Origin: Candidatus Bathyarchaeota archaeon
GTDB taxonomy: Archaea; Thermoproteota; Bathyarchaeia; Bathyarchaeales; Bathycorpusculaceae
Direction: 5' to 3'
Assembly (NCBI GenBank): GCA_963767735.1
Contig: CAVYES010000007.1
Location: 160,001 to 224,000, forward strand
DNA: 64,000 nucleotides
In this document: positions 41,886 through 51,811 of the stretch, piece after piece
Numbering within the stretch: the first letter of the stretch is position 1
Layout of the letters: the number at the start of each line of letters is the position of its first letter
Notes under the pieces: model-generated
The model's database searches: none
What the model was told of the DNA's origin: nothing
Seen by the model: the letters and a program-made list of their open reading frames with translations, nothing else
Position numbers and translations under genes: made by a program

Positions 41886-43533
41886 TCTTTAACCCTCCGA
41901 AGAATGATCCAAGTGGTCCAATCGCCAAGAACGGGAAGAACGATAACACTACTAGTATGATGATGCTGACAACTAGAACTATAGTAAATAGTAATGTGTC
42001 GGTTTTGAGCCCTGTGCTGGTGCCAGTTCGTTTTCGCCCGATCATGGAGCCTGACAGTGCAAGCAAGATTAGAATTGGACCATAGCGTCCTATTAAAATG
42101 ACTATGGCAGTAGCTATGTTGAAGAACGGTGTATTTCCTTGGGCGCCTAGGAAATCTGAACCGTTGTTCGCTGAGGCTGACGTGAATTCCCATAGGATTT
42201 GAGTGAAACCTATAGAGCTTCCGTTGACGCCAATGGCTGCCGCTGCGCCCGAAGCATACGCTGTTACTGTGGGTATTAGTATGGAAATGGGATGAAGTAG
42301 GAAAGCCACCATGACAAGCAATACGTCATGACCAGTGATCTTGACGCTCAGGTATTCAGGAGTTCTTCCAGACATTAATCCAACGACGAAGACGGTAATT
42401 AAGACGAACATTACCATGTACATCATTCCAACTCCTTTCCCACCTGGAATCGACTGAATGAACATCCCCAGGAAACCAGAAGTTATCCCCAGAGGATGAA
42501 TCCCGGAAAGCGAAGCGTTAACGGAGCCAGTTGTGCACATAGTCGTAATCACAGTCCATAAAGTGGAAGAGAAACCGCCGAACCGAGTTTCAATTCCTGG
42601 ACCAATTGCGGGAATAGATGGAATAAACGCTAAAGCTAGAACGCCTCCGCCAAGAATCAAAGTGCCCCCTAAAAGGGGTATGGATTCGCTTTTTTTGCCT
42701 ATCATTTCACCGAAAACAAAGAGCAAAGCTAGCGGAAGCAGCAGCATCAGAATTATCATGATGACGTCAGTGTATTGGGAAGGGTTCATGAAGGGGTAGG
42801 CAGCGTTTGCACCGTAAAAGCCGCCGCCGTTTGTGCCCAATTGCATTATGCCGTCCAGGGAAGCAACAGGTCCAGCTAGAATTGTTTGTGTAGCCCCCTC
42901 TATCGTCTTTAGTGTGGTGTAGCCGGTGAGGGTTTGGGGTACACCCAAAGCAAGAAGTACGATTGAAGCTACAAAGGCGAGGGGCAAGAAAATTCTTGTA
43001 ATGGATCTGGTGAAGTCAACGTAAAAGTTACCCATGTCTTTTGAGCTGGGGATTAATCCTCGGATAAATGCGATCCCTACGCATATTCCTGTGATTGGAG
43101 AGGCAAATTGAAGCCACTGGAGAACGCCTATTTGGCTAAGATAAGAAAAAGCTGCTTCGCCGTTATAATGTTGCAGATCAGTATTTGTCGTGAAAGAGAC
43201 TGCCTGCATGAAAGCAAGGTCTGGATGTATGTCGGGGAAATGCATGGGGTTAAGGGGCAAGCTGCCTTGGAAGACCATGATTAGAAAAGCGACAACAATC
43301 ATGACTACGTTTACCATCAGGGCTGCAAGAAAGTACTGCTTCCACCCCATCGTCTGCTCTGTGTCTACGCCAATGATTTTGTAAATGAAGTTTTCAATTG
43401 GGTTGAATATTTTATCTAAACGGCTTGGTTTTCGATTATAAACTGCGACGAGATATGGCGCTATAAGTTTCGCTAAAACTAATGCTACACCAATAATTAG
43501 AACGACTGCCAGCGCCTGAACTGCATTTGTCAA
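41875..43533 (-). CDS. kdpA: K+-transporting ATPase subunit A
   Basis: SFTTNTDLQHY, LGTNGGGF, TTGSVNA and SANNGS pore motifs. Confidence 0.96.
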   Translation of the reverse strand: MTNAVQALAVVLIIGVALVLAKLIAPYLVAVYNRKPSRLDKIFNPIENFIYKIIGVDTEQTMGWKQYFLAALMVNVVMIVVAFLIMVFQGSLPLNPMHFPDIHPDLAFMQAVSFTTNTDLQHYNGEAAFSYLSQIGVLQWLQFASPITGICVGIAFIRGLIPSSKDMGNFYVDFTRSITRIFLPLAFVASIVLLALGVPQTLTGYTTLKTIEGATQTILAGPVASLDGIMQLGTNGGGFYGANAAYPFMNPSQYTDVIMIILMLLLPLALLFVFGEMIGKKSESIPLLGGTLILGGGVLALAFIPSIPAIGPGIETRFGGFSSTLWTVITTMCTTGSVNASLSGIHPLGITSGFLGMFIQSIPGGKGVGMMYMVMFVLITVFVVGLMSGRTPEYLSVKITGHDVLLVMVAFLLHPISILIPTVTAYASGAAAAIGVNGSSIGFTQILWEFTSASANNGSDFLGAQGNTPFFNIATAIVILIGRYGPILILLALSGSMIGRKRTGTSTGLKTDTLLFTIVLVVSIIILVVLSFFPFLAIGPLGSFFGGLKNGF

Positions 43534-43590
43534 TTAATCCGAAACTCCAGATAACATTCGTGCTCACTATGGCTCCTTTCCGCTCCTGTT

Positions 43591-43881
43591 CTATTTTGCT
43601 ACCGAAGTATTAATTTTTGCCGCTAAACATTTGGGTCCCTTATGAGGCTGCAAAATTATCGTTACTATAGTGCTCTTTATGCCGTTAATCTTCAGTATTT
43701 TCTTATGCAGGACATCCCTGAACTCTTCAAGGCAAGACGCAGAAACTAAAGATACAATGTCGTATTCTCCGGCTACATCGTAGACTTCTTCGATATTTTT
43801 TAGTTCAGCGAGGGCCGTCAGCACATAATTTTTTTGGGACGGCTCAACGAATATATTAACAGACGCTAACAACCTGTTCAT
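43591..43881 (-). CDS. Stand-alone RAM domain protein (paralog of 38737-39063)
   Basis: YDVAGEYDIV...INGIKST; shares the HKGPKC tail. Confidence 0.85.
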   Translation of the reverse strand: MNRLLASVNIFVEPSQKNYVLTALAELKNIEEVYDVAGEYDIVSLVSASCLEEFRDVLHKKILKINGIKSTIVTIILQPHKGPKCLAAKINTSVAK

Positions 43882-44458
43882 AACAAGACTGCCCTCTTAT
43901 CTAAAAGAATGATCTCTACTATCGCTGAGCAAGTTCTTGGCTGGAACATGGTCGTAAAACTCTGCAATTTTTCTTCTCCTTAACTTTCATACTCATAACA
44001 TCTTTTCCTAATAAAGCTATTTGTGACTTGTACATAATTATTTGGTAAAGCTGAACTAATTTACACCAAAATGTCTAATAATTGAAAACATGAACGCATC
44101 ATAAACGTAAAGTTATGAAAACATGTTGAAACGATAGGTCCTCCAAACCACAAAGTTCCTACGAAATAGAAACGTAGCTGGCCTTAAAACCAGTCAAATA
44201 AATTGATTTTTTTACTAATTTGCTCTTATCAAACAACTTTATGGCTACATGTAAAGATCGATATGCCTCTCCAAGAACGAAAGGCAACAACCATTTGTCG
44301 AAACAAACAGTAATTACCCAGCCAAACGTCTAACTTCAGTTATCACAATTGTACAGCTTTTTTATTTTTCTTAAAAGTTATGAACACTTCACAACCACAT
44401 TTATATAGGATGAAGCACAACTAAAAATCGTTCAATAAAACTGAAATTTGGTGAAAAA

Positions 44459-44566
44459 ATGTTGGGATTATTGGATATATTCTGGACATGCGTAATATTT
44501 GGGTCAATAGTCACAATAGGCTACCAGCTCCGTTCAGAAATAAAAAATGGCAAACTACCATCATAA
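44459..44566 (+). CDS. Unannotated 35-aa single-TM micropeptide (MLGLLDIFWTCVIFGSIVTIGYQLRSEIKNGKLPS)
   Basis: SD GGTGA; TTTATATA box near 44400; similar to 38099-38197. Confidence 0.75.
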   Translation: MLGLLDIFWTCVIFGSIVTIGYQLRSEIKNGKLPS

Positions 44567-44877
44567 GTTAATTTCTTGTTCACGCGCAAACATTTCGATT
44601 TTAATAAATATTAGCCAAACTTGGCTACAAAGCAATCATAAAAGCTTTCTAATAAAAGTCGTTTTATTGTCGAAATCTTATATGAAGAACGGATTGGGCA
44701 AGAAAAACCTGGAGAATCCTAGAGCCGTTACCGAGTCTTCCTAAAGAAAATCGATTTGGGCATTTGGAACTATGTTTTTCTCCGCCCATATTTGAATTTT
44801 TCTTTTGGTCAATAAAACAGTCTAATCATAGTCTTTTATCCATAAATTTATCGTTTTTATGGAAATACTTGCAGTTA

Positions 44878-44894
44878 TTCATAATTATTATGAA
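44878..44894. promoter_or_regulatory. Palindrome TTCATAA-TTA-TTATGAA, candidate operator
   Basis: Perfect 7-3-7 inverted repeat just upstream of a TTTATA box; recurs at 47548. Confidence 0.55.
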
Positions 44895-45128
44895 CAAATC
44901 TTAATTAGGTTTATATTTCGCTAGACCTGATTTATTGACTAATAATTTGGTGTTACTAGATGAAAAAGAGAATGGAATCTCCAAATGTAAAAGAGTCAAG
45001 CAGAAAGCACAAAGCACTAATCGTTAAAAAAGGCAAAAAACTATTTTCCGCTATTATCTGCTTGTCTCTCAGAGGAGGGAAAACATATATCTTCTGACGC
45101 AACTGATGCAAAGACTCAAAAAACTCAA

Positions 45129-46688
45129 TTGAAAAAAACCCTCGGCCTCGGCGGCGTAACAATAAACGCCATGGCATTAATAGCCCCAGGGGCTTTCTTG
45201 TGGCTTACTTTTCAGATAAACGCAGCCCAGACCTCGCCGTCTGGCGCTTCAACAGCCAACGACATATTTTTTGGCCTTACAATAGCGTTAATTTTGGCGT
45301 TCCTAACTGCCGCTTCTTATTCGTGGCTAGCCCAACGTTACCCCGATGCTGGTCCAGGCAGTTCGTATTACTTTGCTCAAAGAGCCTTACTAGACAACGG
45401 AGCCAGCAACACTTCAGCCAGAAACGCAAAGTTCGGTATCGGCTGGATTTCTCACCTCTACTATTGGGTCTACCCAGGGGTTATGGTTGCAGCGATGTCC
45501 CTCTTGCTAACATGGATTTTATCAGTACTTGGCTTCAGCATTTCACCCTTAGGAGAAATCGCTATTGCCTGCGCATTTGCAGTGGTTACAGGCGCTATAG
45601 CTTACCGCGGAATTCAAGGATCAACAAAAACAAACCTTCTCCTCAACATAGTTCAAATCGGAATGCTGGTCATAATCACCGGAATGGCCTTGGCATTCCG
45701 TTTTACTAACCCTCAACACGTATCCTTTACATTCACTAGCTTAGGCGGAATAGTCACACCTCACGATATCAGCTTCGTGTTATTTCAAGCGACCATCGCC
45801 ATCTTAGTACTAGTAGGATTCGAATCCGCAACAGCATACACCGGAGAAGCCAAAGATCCAAAGGTTGTTCCAAAGGCAATAATTTTATCTTTGATCATTC
45901 AAGGCGCCTTCGCGTACCTATTTGAATACTTTGGAGCCGAGGCATGGATGAACAACAGCTATACCATAACACAAAACGGCAAGACATTTACGGGATTTGG
46001 CGCCGCAGCAGTTTCGACCGCTCCCATCGGGGATATGGTTCACAACCTGGGAAACGTATTCCTTGGAGGCAACGGATTCACGCTAGAGCTAATAGTGGCT
46101 GCAATTGTGGCAGCTGCAATATTAGGCACTACCCTCGCATGCATGAACACCGGCGTTAGAGTAACTTACGCAATCAGCCGAGACACCGAAGTGCCTTATC
46201 ACCTCAGTAAGCTAAACCCAAAATACTCCACTCCAGCGATTGGCATCTGGGTAATGACAGCCGTTGCAGCCGCTATTGGATCCTTCGGAGTACTAACAAT
46301 CACAAACCTAACATCAATTACATTGCTATCAAACTTTGGCACCTTCCTGCTGTACGGACTAACAAACCTGATAGCGTTAATCGCGTTCACTAAAGAACGC
46401 AGTAACATACTAAAACGCAGAGTAGTTCCAATCGCAGGCTTCGCTGCCAACGCTGTCATGATGGCAACAATCGTGTACCTCAGCTTTGCAGGCGGAGGGG
46501 CTTCAGCATCAGAAGGAATCTTCGCTATAGCCGGCACCGCAATATGGTTGGCAATAGGTTTAATCTATTTCCGCGTCAACTCAAAATCAAAGTCCTCCGG
46601 TTTGTTCCCATTCCCAGGGAAAGACGAGGACGAAATCAAGACTGCAAGCAGTAAATCCAGAGCCTTCAAGTTCTGGAAAAAAAATTAG
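45129..46688 (+). CDS. APC-family amino acid/polyamine permease
   Basis: IAPGAF, GSSYYF and LVGFESATAYTGEAKDP; about 12 TM segments. Confidence 0.92.
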   Translation: MKKTLGLGGVTINAMALIAPGAFLWLTFQINAAQTSPSGASTANDIFFGLTIALILAFLTAASYSWLAQRYPDAGPGSSYYFAQRALLDNGASNTSARNAKFGIGWISHLYYWVYPGVMVAAMSLLLTWILSVLGFSISPLGEIAIACAFAVVTGAIAYRGIQGSTKTNLLLNIVQIGMLVIITGMALAFRFTNPQHVSFTFTSLGGIVTPHDISFVLFQATIAILVLVGFESATAYTGEAKDPKVVPKAIILSLIIQGAFAYLFEYFGAEAWMNNSYTITQNGKTFTGFGAAAVSTAPIGDMVHNLGNVFLGGNGFTLELIVAAIVAAAILGTTLACMNTGVRVTYAISRDTEVPYHLSKLNPKYSTPAIGIWVMTAVAAAIGSFGVLTITNLTSITLLSNFGTFLLYGLTNLIALIAFTKERSNILKRRVVPIAGFAANAVMMATIVYLSFAGGGASASEGIFAIAGTAIWLAIGLIYFRVNSKSKSSGLFPFPGKDEDEIKTASSKSRAFKFWKKN

Positions 46689-46980
46689 CTCCCCTTTTTC
46701 TTTTTTAAGAAAACTATGGAAAATTTAATAAACAGTGTATATTTTAGTTCAAATTCGATTTTTTGCTTTGTAATTTGCTTTCGAACTTGACAATTCAATA
46801 ACGAACATTCTTTTACTTCACATTTAATGCCTCAACCTGCAAATGATTCAAATTCTTCAATCTATATTTCAAAATAACTGAGCAACGGCAACCCTAACCC
46901 CTCAGCCTTTCTAAACATTCTGGGTTTACTGGTGAACTCAGTACGCCTAGTGGACTTTTACATAATTTTTGATACTTTTC

Positions 46981-47045
46981 CAACCGTTTCAAACCATTTC
47001 TAACCATTTTCAACCAATTCCACCCGTTATAAACCGTTTTAAACC
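46981..47045. repeat. Imperfect 10-bp tandem repeat, about 6.5 copies (consensus nAACCRTTTY)
   Basis: caaccgtttc/aaaccatttc/taaccatttt/caaccaattc/cacccgttat/aaaccgtttt/aaacc. Confidence 0.75.
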
Positions 47046-47547
47046 TCAACCTGCAAAGATTTTAAGCCCTGAACCAAAAAAGCAACCCAAAAAAAGCTTT
47101 TTTAAAAAAGCACGAAAAAATTGTTTTTACCTATCTTCTACTCAGAACAGTGCCAAGAAAAGAAAAAAACTTTACCGCCACTAATATTTATCTGAAAAGG
47201 GATCGGCTAAATGTACACGATAGGTGAAAGAACGCGGGTAAATTAGAAAGAACTGGGTTTGTTGAAATGGAGCAAAACTAACAATCAAACAACAAGAAAT
47301 AGCTTAGAAAGAACTTAAGCAATTGAAACCACCCAAGTTTGAAAGCGTAAGGTGTACTTTATTTTACTTTTCATCTACTTTTCTTCATAACTCTTTTTTG
47401 AAAGATACTGTGCGGTTGACAATGAGAGTCCATTATAATCTGTTCTTCAATGTTCCGTTTAGTTTTTGAAGCTTTTTTCAATGATGACACCAATTTCGAT
47501 TTTACAAAGTGGTATGTTCAGGGAAATATAAACGTAGTTAATACTTG

Positions 47548-47564
47548 TTCATAACTTTTATGAA
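47548..47564. promoter_or_regulatory. Palindrome TTCATAA-CTT-TTATGAA, candidate operator
   Basis: Same arms and spacing as 44878-44894. Confidence 0.5.
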
Positions 47565-47655
47565 AAGCTGAATTATTTTGTAATAATAACTTGTTATGAT
47601 GAACAACCAAAAAAGGTCTGGAGACTTGAACCGCATGATCCAAACAATAGATTGG

Positions 47656-48570
47656 CTAAATGGTTCCTATGATTAACCCTATTGTAAAGCTGAGCAGTGG
47701 CACAATCACCCAGCTTAAAGCTATCAGCAGAAACGGCTTAACCGAGACGAACTTGGATTTGTAAGATATTCCTGTTCCAAAAACTGCCGACGCCAAAGCT
47801 TGAGTGTTGGAAAGTGGAATATTTAAAATCGTAGCCGCCTCAACGAGAACCGTTGAAACCACAAGCGTCGCCGTAGCATTTGGGTACCGCATGAGAAAAA
47901 GCTCTTGAGCAACCCTACGAATCTCGCCAGCACTCAAATAGAATGTTCCGATAAATATTGCAGCAATTGCCGCTATGACGTTGGTTATATTGAAACCGCC
48001 CGTGGCAACTATCAACCCGAGGGTATTTGCTCCTAGAACATATGAGGTTGAAAACGCTAAAACAATTATCAGGATTTTGTAGGTTTGTAGTCTTCGCCAA
48101 ATGTTTTCGGTCCAGTTACGATTTATGATTCTGATGAGGTAAAACGCAAAAACTATAGCGATCAAAGGTGCCAAAACCCACATGGCCGCCACCTCAGCAA
48201 TGTAAGCGCTGTTTGTAAGTGCACCAGTTGCAATGGATAAGCCTGCGAGCAAACCGACAAGCGCCATGCTCATAGATGCTGGCACTCTAATTAAGTCGGC
48301 AACAACAAAAATTAATATGGCCACCAGCAAAGCTTCTGCCCGAAACTGCAAAGTCACATTTGGCAGCAGCACATGTATTGTTTTTATCATGCTGACGCCT
48401 TGGGCAACGAGTCCCAGTGAAAATCCTGCAGCGCCCAGCAGCATTCCAAGTCGTTTACTTATGATTCTTGAGCCTACGGCGGGGCCAACACAAGCGGACA
48501 GATTGTTGCCGGCAACTAACATTACCGTGATGAAAGTTAATATCAAAATAGCGATGGAAAGCCAAAGCAT
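47656..48570 (-). CDS. PiT-family inorganic phosphate transporter
   Basis: GNNLS and GANTL repeats, PLSNTQ; downstream of DUF47. Confidence 0.85.
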   Translation of the reverse strand: MLWLSIAILILTFITVMLVAGNNLSACVGPAVGSRIISKRLGMLLGAAGFSLGLVAQGVSMIKTIHVLLPNVTLQFRAEALLVAILIFVVADLIRVPASMSMALVGLLAGLSIATGALTNSAYIAEVAAMWVLAPLIAIVFAFYLIRIINRNWTENIWRRLQTYKILIIVLAFSTSYVLGANTLGLIVATGGFNITNVIAAIAAIFIGTFYLSAGEIRRVAQELFLMRYPNATATLVVSTVLVEAATILNIPLSNTQALASAVFGTGISYKSKFVSVKPFLLIALSWVIVPLLSFTIGLIIGTI

Positions 48571-48576
48571 GCCGCG

Positions 48577-49296
48577 TCACTTAGTAATAGAGGTAACTAC
48601 GGATACGATGAGATCTGAGAGGTCCTCGCAGGAATCAAGTACGTCGTCGCATTTGTGCAAAAGCTCGGAATAATGGAAGAACTGCAAGTAATGCAAGTTC
48701 GGCGTCATGTTGTATAGCCTGTCAAATCCCCCGTTTTTAAAGTCATCGCCCTGTTCTTCCAAGGCTTCAATTTCTTTGCGCAGCTCCAAAATCTCTGAAA
48801 CGTTGGATGAGGAGAGCGCCTGAGTGAGCTTTGAGAGGGATGTTGTCGCGAGTGTAAGGAGGTTCATGTATACAGAGTCCCAACCGGGACGTTTCATTTC
48901 GAAACCCGCAGAGTAAACCTTCGCCATTCGATCTAATTCTCTGCTGAGGTAATAATACAAGTCAACTATGTCGTCAGCAACTTGGACGGATCTAAGCAGG
49001 TCATCTATTATGTTGGGGCTGATGGCGCCGCTTGTAATGTCTTCGCTTATTTTAAAGGCTATATCATCAGATTTTTTCTCAAGCAACTGCATGGCATTCA
49101 TGGTTTCAGTTACCTGTTTTTCGTTGACATCTACATTAAACATGCTTGACACGAGAGTGTTAGCTTCTGAAGCGATAGCTATAATTTGAGTAAGCTCAAC
49201 GAAAATATTTTTTTCTCCAACAACCAAGACACCCCTGAGGCTTTTCAGCATAAACATCCTCCCAAATTTCAAGTTCAGTAATACTCGGTCAAGCAA
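48577..49296 (-). CDS. DUF47 / PhoU-like phosphate transport regulator
   Basis: LEKKSDDI, DDIVD, LEEQGDD and DSCED motifs. Confidence 0.85.
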   Translation of the reverse strand: MLDRVLLNLKFGRMFMLKSLRGVLVVGEKNIFVELTQIIAIASEANTLVSSMFNVDVNEKQVTETMNAMQLLEKKSDDIAFKISEDITSGAISPNIIDDLLRSVQVADDIVDLYYYLSRELDRMAKVYSAGFEMKRPGWDSVYMNLLTLATTSLSKLTQALSSSNVSEILELRKEIEALEEQGDDFKNGGFDRLYNMTPNLHYLQFFHYSELLHKCDDVLDSCEDLSDLIVSVVTSITK

Positions 49297-49407
49297 TATT
49301 AAGTATTTAAAATTTTCAAGTTTGCTTATAGCGACAAGATTAAAGATTGATTAAAGATGAAATGCTAAAAGCAAGGGCTTTGAGAGATTCTGGAAGTTCG
49401 CGTTCAA

Positions 49408-49890
49408 TCAAATAACTTTGCTGTATTCTTTTACGGCGTTCAAAGCAATCAGCGTGGTGGTTCTCTTTATGAAGCGTTCAGTCAGCAGTTTTTTTAAGTA
49501 ACCATTAAGGCTTGCATTGTCTCGGAACTTGGCGAAGACAATTGCATCATACTCTCCGGTTATATCGTAAACGGATAAGACATTGCTTTCTTTTGCAATT
49601 TCATTTTCGACTTCGATAATATGTCCGCCTTCAACCTGAATCATGATAATAGCAGTCAAGGTATAACCCATCTTCGCGGCGTCAACAACGGGCACGTATC
49701 CAAGAATTACGCCTTCACGCTCTAGACTATCAAGGCGATTGTGCAGAACATTTGGGGTTATCCCAACCCTGTAAGCTAGCTTACGCAAACTTACTCGTGA
49801 ATCTTCTTCCAATGCCCGTATGATTTGCAGATCAATGTTGTCCAATTTTATCGTTGGGGTTTCACTCAGTTTTAAGCCCAAAATTCTCAA
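49408..49890 (-). CDS. Lrp/AsnC transcriptional regulator
   Basis: LDNIDLQII..L.EDSR.S HTH plus ITGEYD RAM domain. Confidence 0.93.
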   Translation of the reverse strand: MRILGLKLSETPTIKLDNIDLQIIRALEEDSRVSLRKLAYRVGITPNVLHNRLDSLEREGVILGYVPVVDAAKMGYTLTAIIMIQVEGGHIIEVENEIAKESNVLSVYDITGEYDAIVFAKFRDNASLNGYLKKLLTERFIKRTTTLIALNAVKEYSKVI

Positions 49891-50181
49891 CCCCTAATGT
49901 TTTACTTGACGTTTGTTTAGTAAAACAAGAGATATATAAACATAACCGCATAAAAATTGGAACATTGTAAACAATAGTAAGCCTCGAAACCGCTTGAATA
50001 GACAATCGATACATGGGCAATTTACGAATGTACATTGATTACGAAATCGAGAGGTTTTTGACAAATACATAGCAACCCTAGACGAATCCTTCATTAACCA
50101 AGATTGCATAATGATGTAACGTTTATTTGGATGTACCAATAATTTAAATCCTAACGCTAAGTAGCTGATATATTCATAAAA

Positions 50182-51708
50182 TTGAAAAATAACCTGTTTG
50201 AAATGGATGATTTGCAGATGGCGAATAATGATGTGGACGTACTCTTAACTGCTGATAGAACACTAATGAGCAATTACCACGGTAACGAATTTCTGGGCTT
50301 CGGTACGTGTGCTCCGTCCAACTTCATCCCTGACGTCTTATACAGTTACATGTTTTTTCCGCCGATAGGGACAAGCAAGGGGTTGCCGACCGCCGCGCCT
50401 TATGGATTAAGAAAAATCGAAGCTCAACTGCAGAAAGAAGGCTTTAACGTTTTAACAATTAGTCCACAGCATCTTCGAAAATACCTTAAAACCGCCAAAG
50501 TTATTGGCATTCACACTATGGACCCGTTTGGTTTCGGTCCGGCATCAACTACATTGGCATCTGTTTTTCATAAAGAGCCATTTTTAGCAAGGCACTTCCA
50601 TGCATTAGTAACCAGCCCCATCATCAGAGAAGCTAAAAGAAATGGAGTAAAGGTAATAGTGGGCGGTCCGGGTGCATGGCAGTTCCGCTACAGACCACAA
50701 CTCGTTGAAAAAAAAGTGATAGATTGCGTCGTAGAGGGAGAGGCAGAAAACGTTATAGGAAAAATTTTCAAAGCAGCCTTAAGCGGCGAGGTGCTCCAGT
50801 CTCATTATGAAGTTTTAGCTAAAGACGCACCTCGGCTGGAAGATATACCCGACATCACGCAGCCTTCCGTTAATGGTTTAATTGAGCTTGGAAGAGGCTG
50901 CTGCCGAGGATGTGAATTCTGCAATGTTACGCTCAGACCACTGCGTTGGTACCCTTACGACAAAATCATTCGGGAATTGGCTGTCAACGTTGAAGTTGGC
51001 AAACATCGTGTTATCTGTCTACATGCTGAAGACGTAATGCTATATGGTTCGCAAAATGCAGTTCCAAATGACGAAAAACTGCTGAAACTTCATGAGTTGG
51101 TCATGAGCAAGGTTCACGCGATTAGTTGGAGTCACTGCTCATTAGCAGCCGTAGCCTCAAAACCGAAGCTTGTCTCTAAACTCTCAGAAATTATACTTCA
51201 GAAGCAAGCATGGTGGGGAGCAGAAATCGGTGTTGAAACCGGTTCAGCTGAACTCGCCAAAAAAATCATGCCAGCAAAGGCACTTCCATTTAAGCCTGAA
51301 GAATGGCCTCAAGTTGCACGACAAGGGTTTGGAATAATGCACGATCACAAACTAATCCCTGCAGCAACGCTCATTGTTGGACTTCCTGAAGAAACTGAAG
51401 GCGATATTATTAAGACGATGGAACTTGTAGACGATGTTAAAGATTGCCGAAGCCTTATTGTACCTTTATTCTTTGTTCCGCTGGGTCGGCTGAAAAACAA
51501 GGATTGGTTCAGAGAAACAGAAGTGAATAAACTACATGAGCAACTAATGTTCCTATGCGCAGAGCACAGCATTCGCTGGGTTGACAATCTACTGGACATG
51601 TCATTCATGGATAAGGGGTATAGGGTTGCTTTGAAAGAATTTTACAAGGTCTTCGCGGGATTAGCAAAAAGGCAATTAAGACGCTCTGAAATTACAGAGT
51701 TACAGTGA
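50182..51708 (+). CDS. B12-binding-domain radical SAM protein
   Basis: APYGLRKIEA, VGGPGAWQ, EGEAE, RGCCRGCEFC and GVETGS motifs. Confidence 0.88.
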   Translation: MKNNLFEMDDLQMANNDVDVLLTADRTLMSNYHGNEFLGFGTCAPSNFIPDVLYSYMFFPPIGTSKGLPTAAPYGLRKIEAQLQKEGFNVLTISPQHLRKYLKTAKVIGIHTMDPFGFGPASTTLASVFHKEPFLARHFHALVTSPIIREAKRNGVKVIVGGPGAWQFRYRPQLVEKKVIDCVVEGEAENVIGKIFKAALSGEVLQSHYEVLAKDAPRLEDIPDITQPSVNGLIELGRGCCRGCEFCNVTLRPLRWYPYDKIIRELAVNVEVGKHRVICLHAEDVMLYGSQNAVPNDEKLLKLHELVMSKVHAISWSHCSLAAVASKPKLVSKLSEIILQKQAWWGAEIGVETGSAELAKKIMPAKALPFKPEEWPQVARQGFGIMHDHKLIPAATLIVGLPEETEGDIIKTMELVDDVKDCRSLIVPLFFVPLGRLKNKDWFRETEVNKLHEQLMFLCAEHSIRWVDNLLDMSFMDKGYRVALKEFYKVFAGLAKRQLRRSEITELQ

Positions 51709-51811
51709 AAAATCTTTGATTTTTCCTAACTTCTGCTATTTTTTTCTTTGTAACTGGGTTTGATTTGGTGTAACCTTATTATGCTCATTTTAATTCAGTA
51801 AATATGAGGCA

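Noticed and set aside
43878-43970. ~29-codon ORF before the RAM/kdpA unit as kdpF
   Set aside because: Not a continuous hydrophobic helix and lacks KdpF-like YL..AL..PE features
46689-47655. Replication origin or CRISPR array in the long intergenic gap
   Set aside because: No ORB boxes, no adjacent cdc6/orc1 and no repeat-spacer structure
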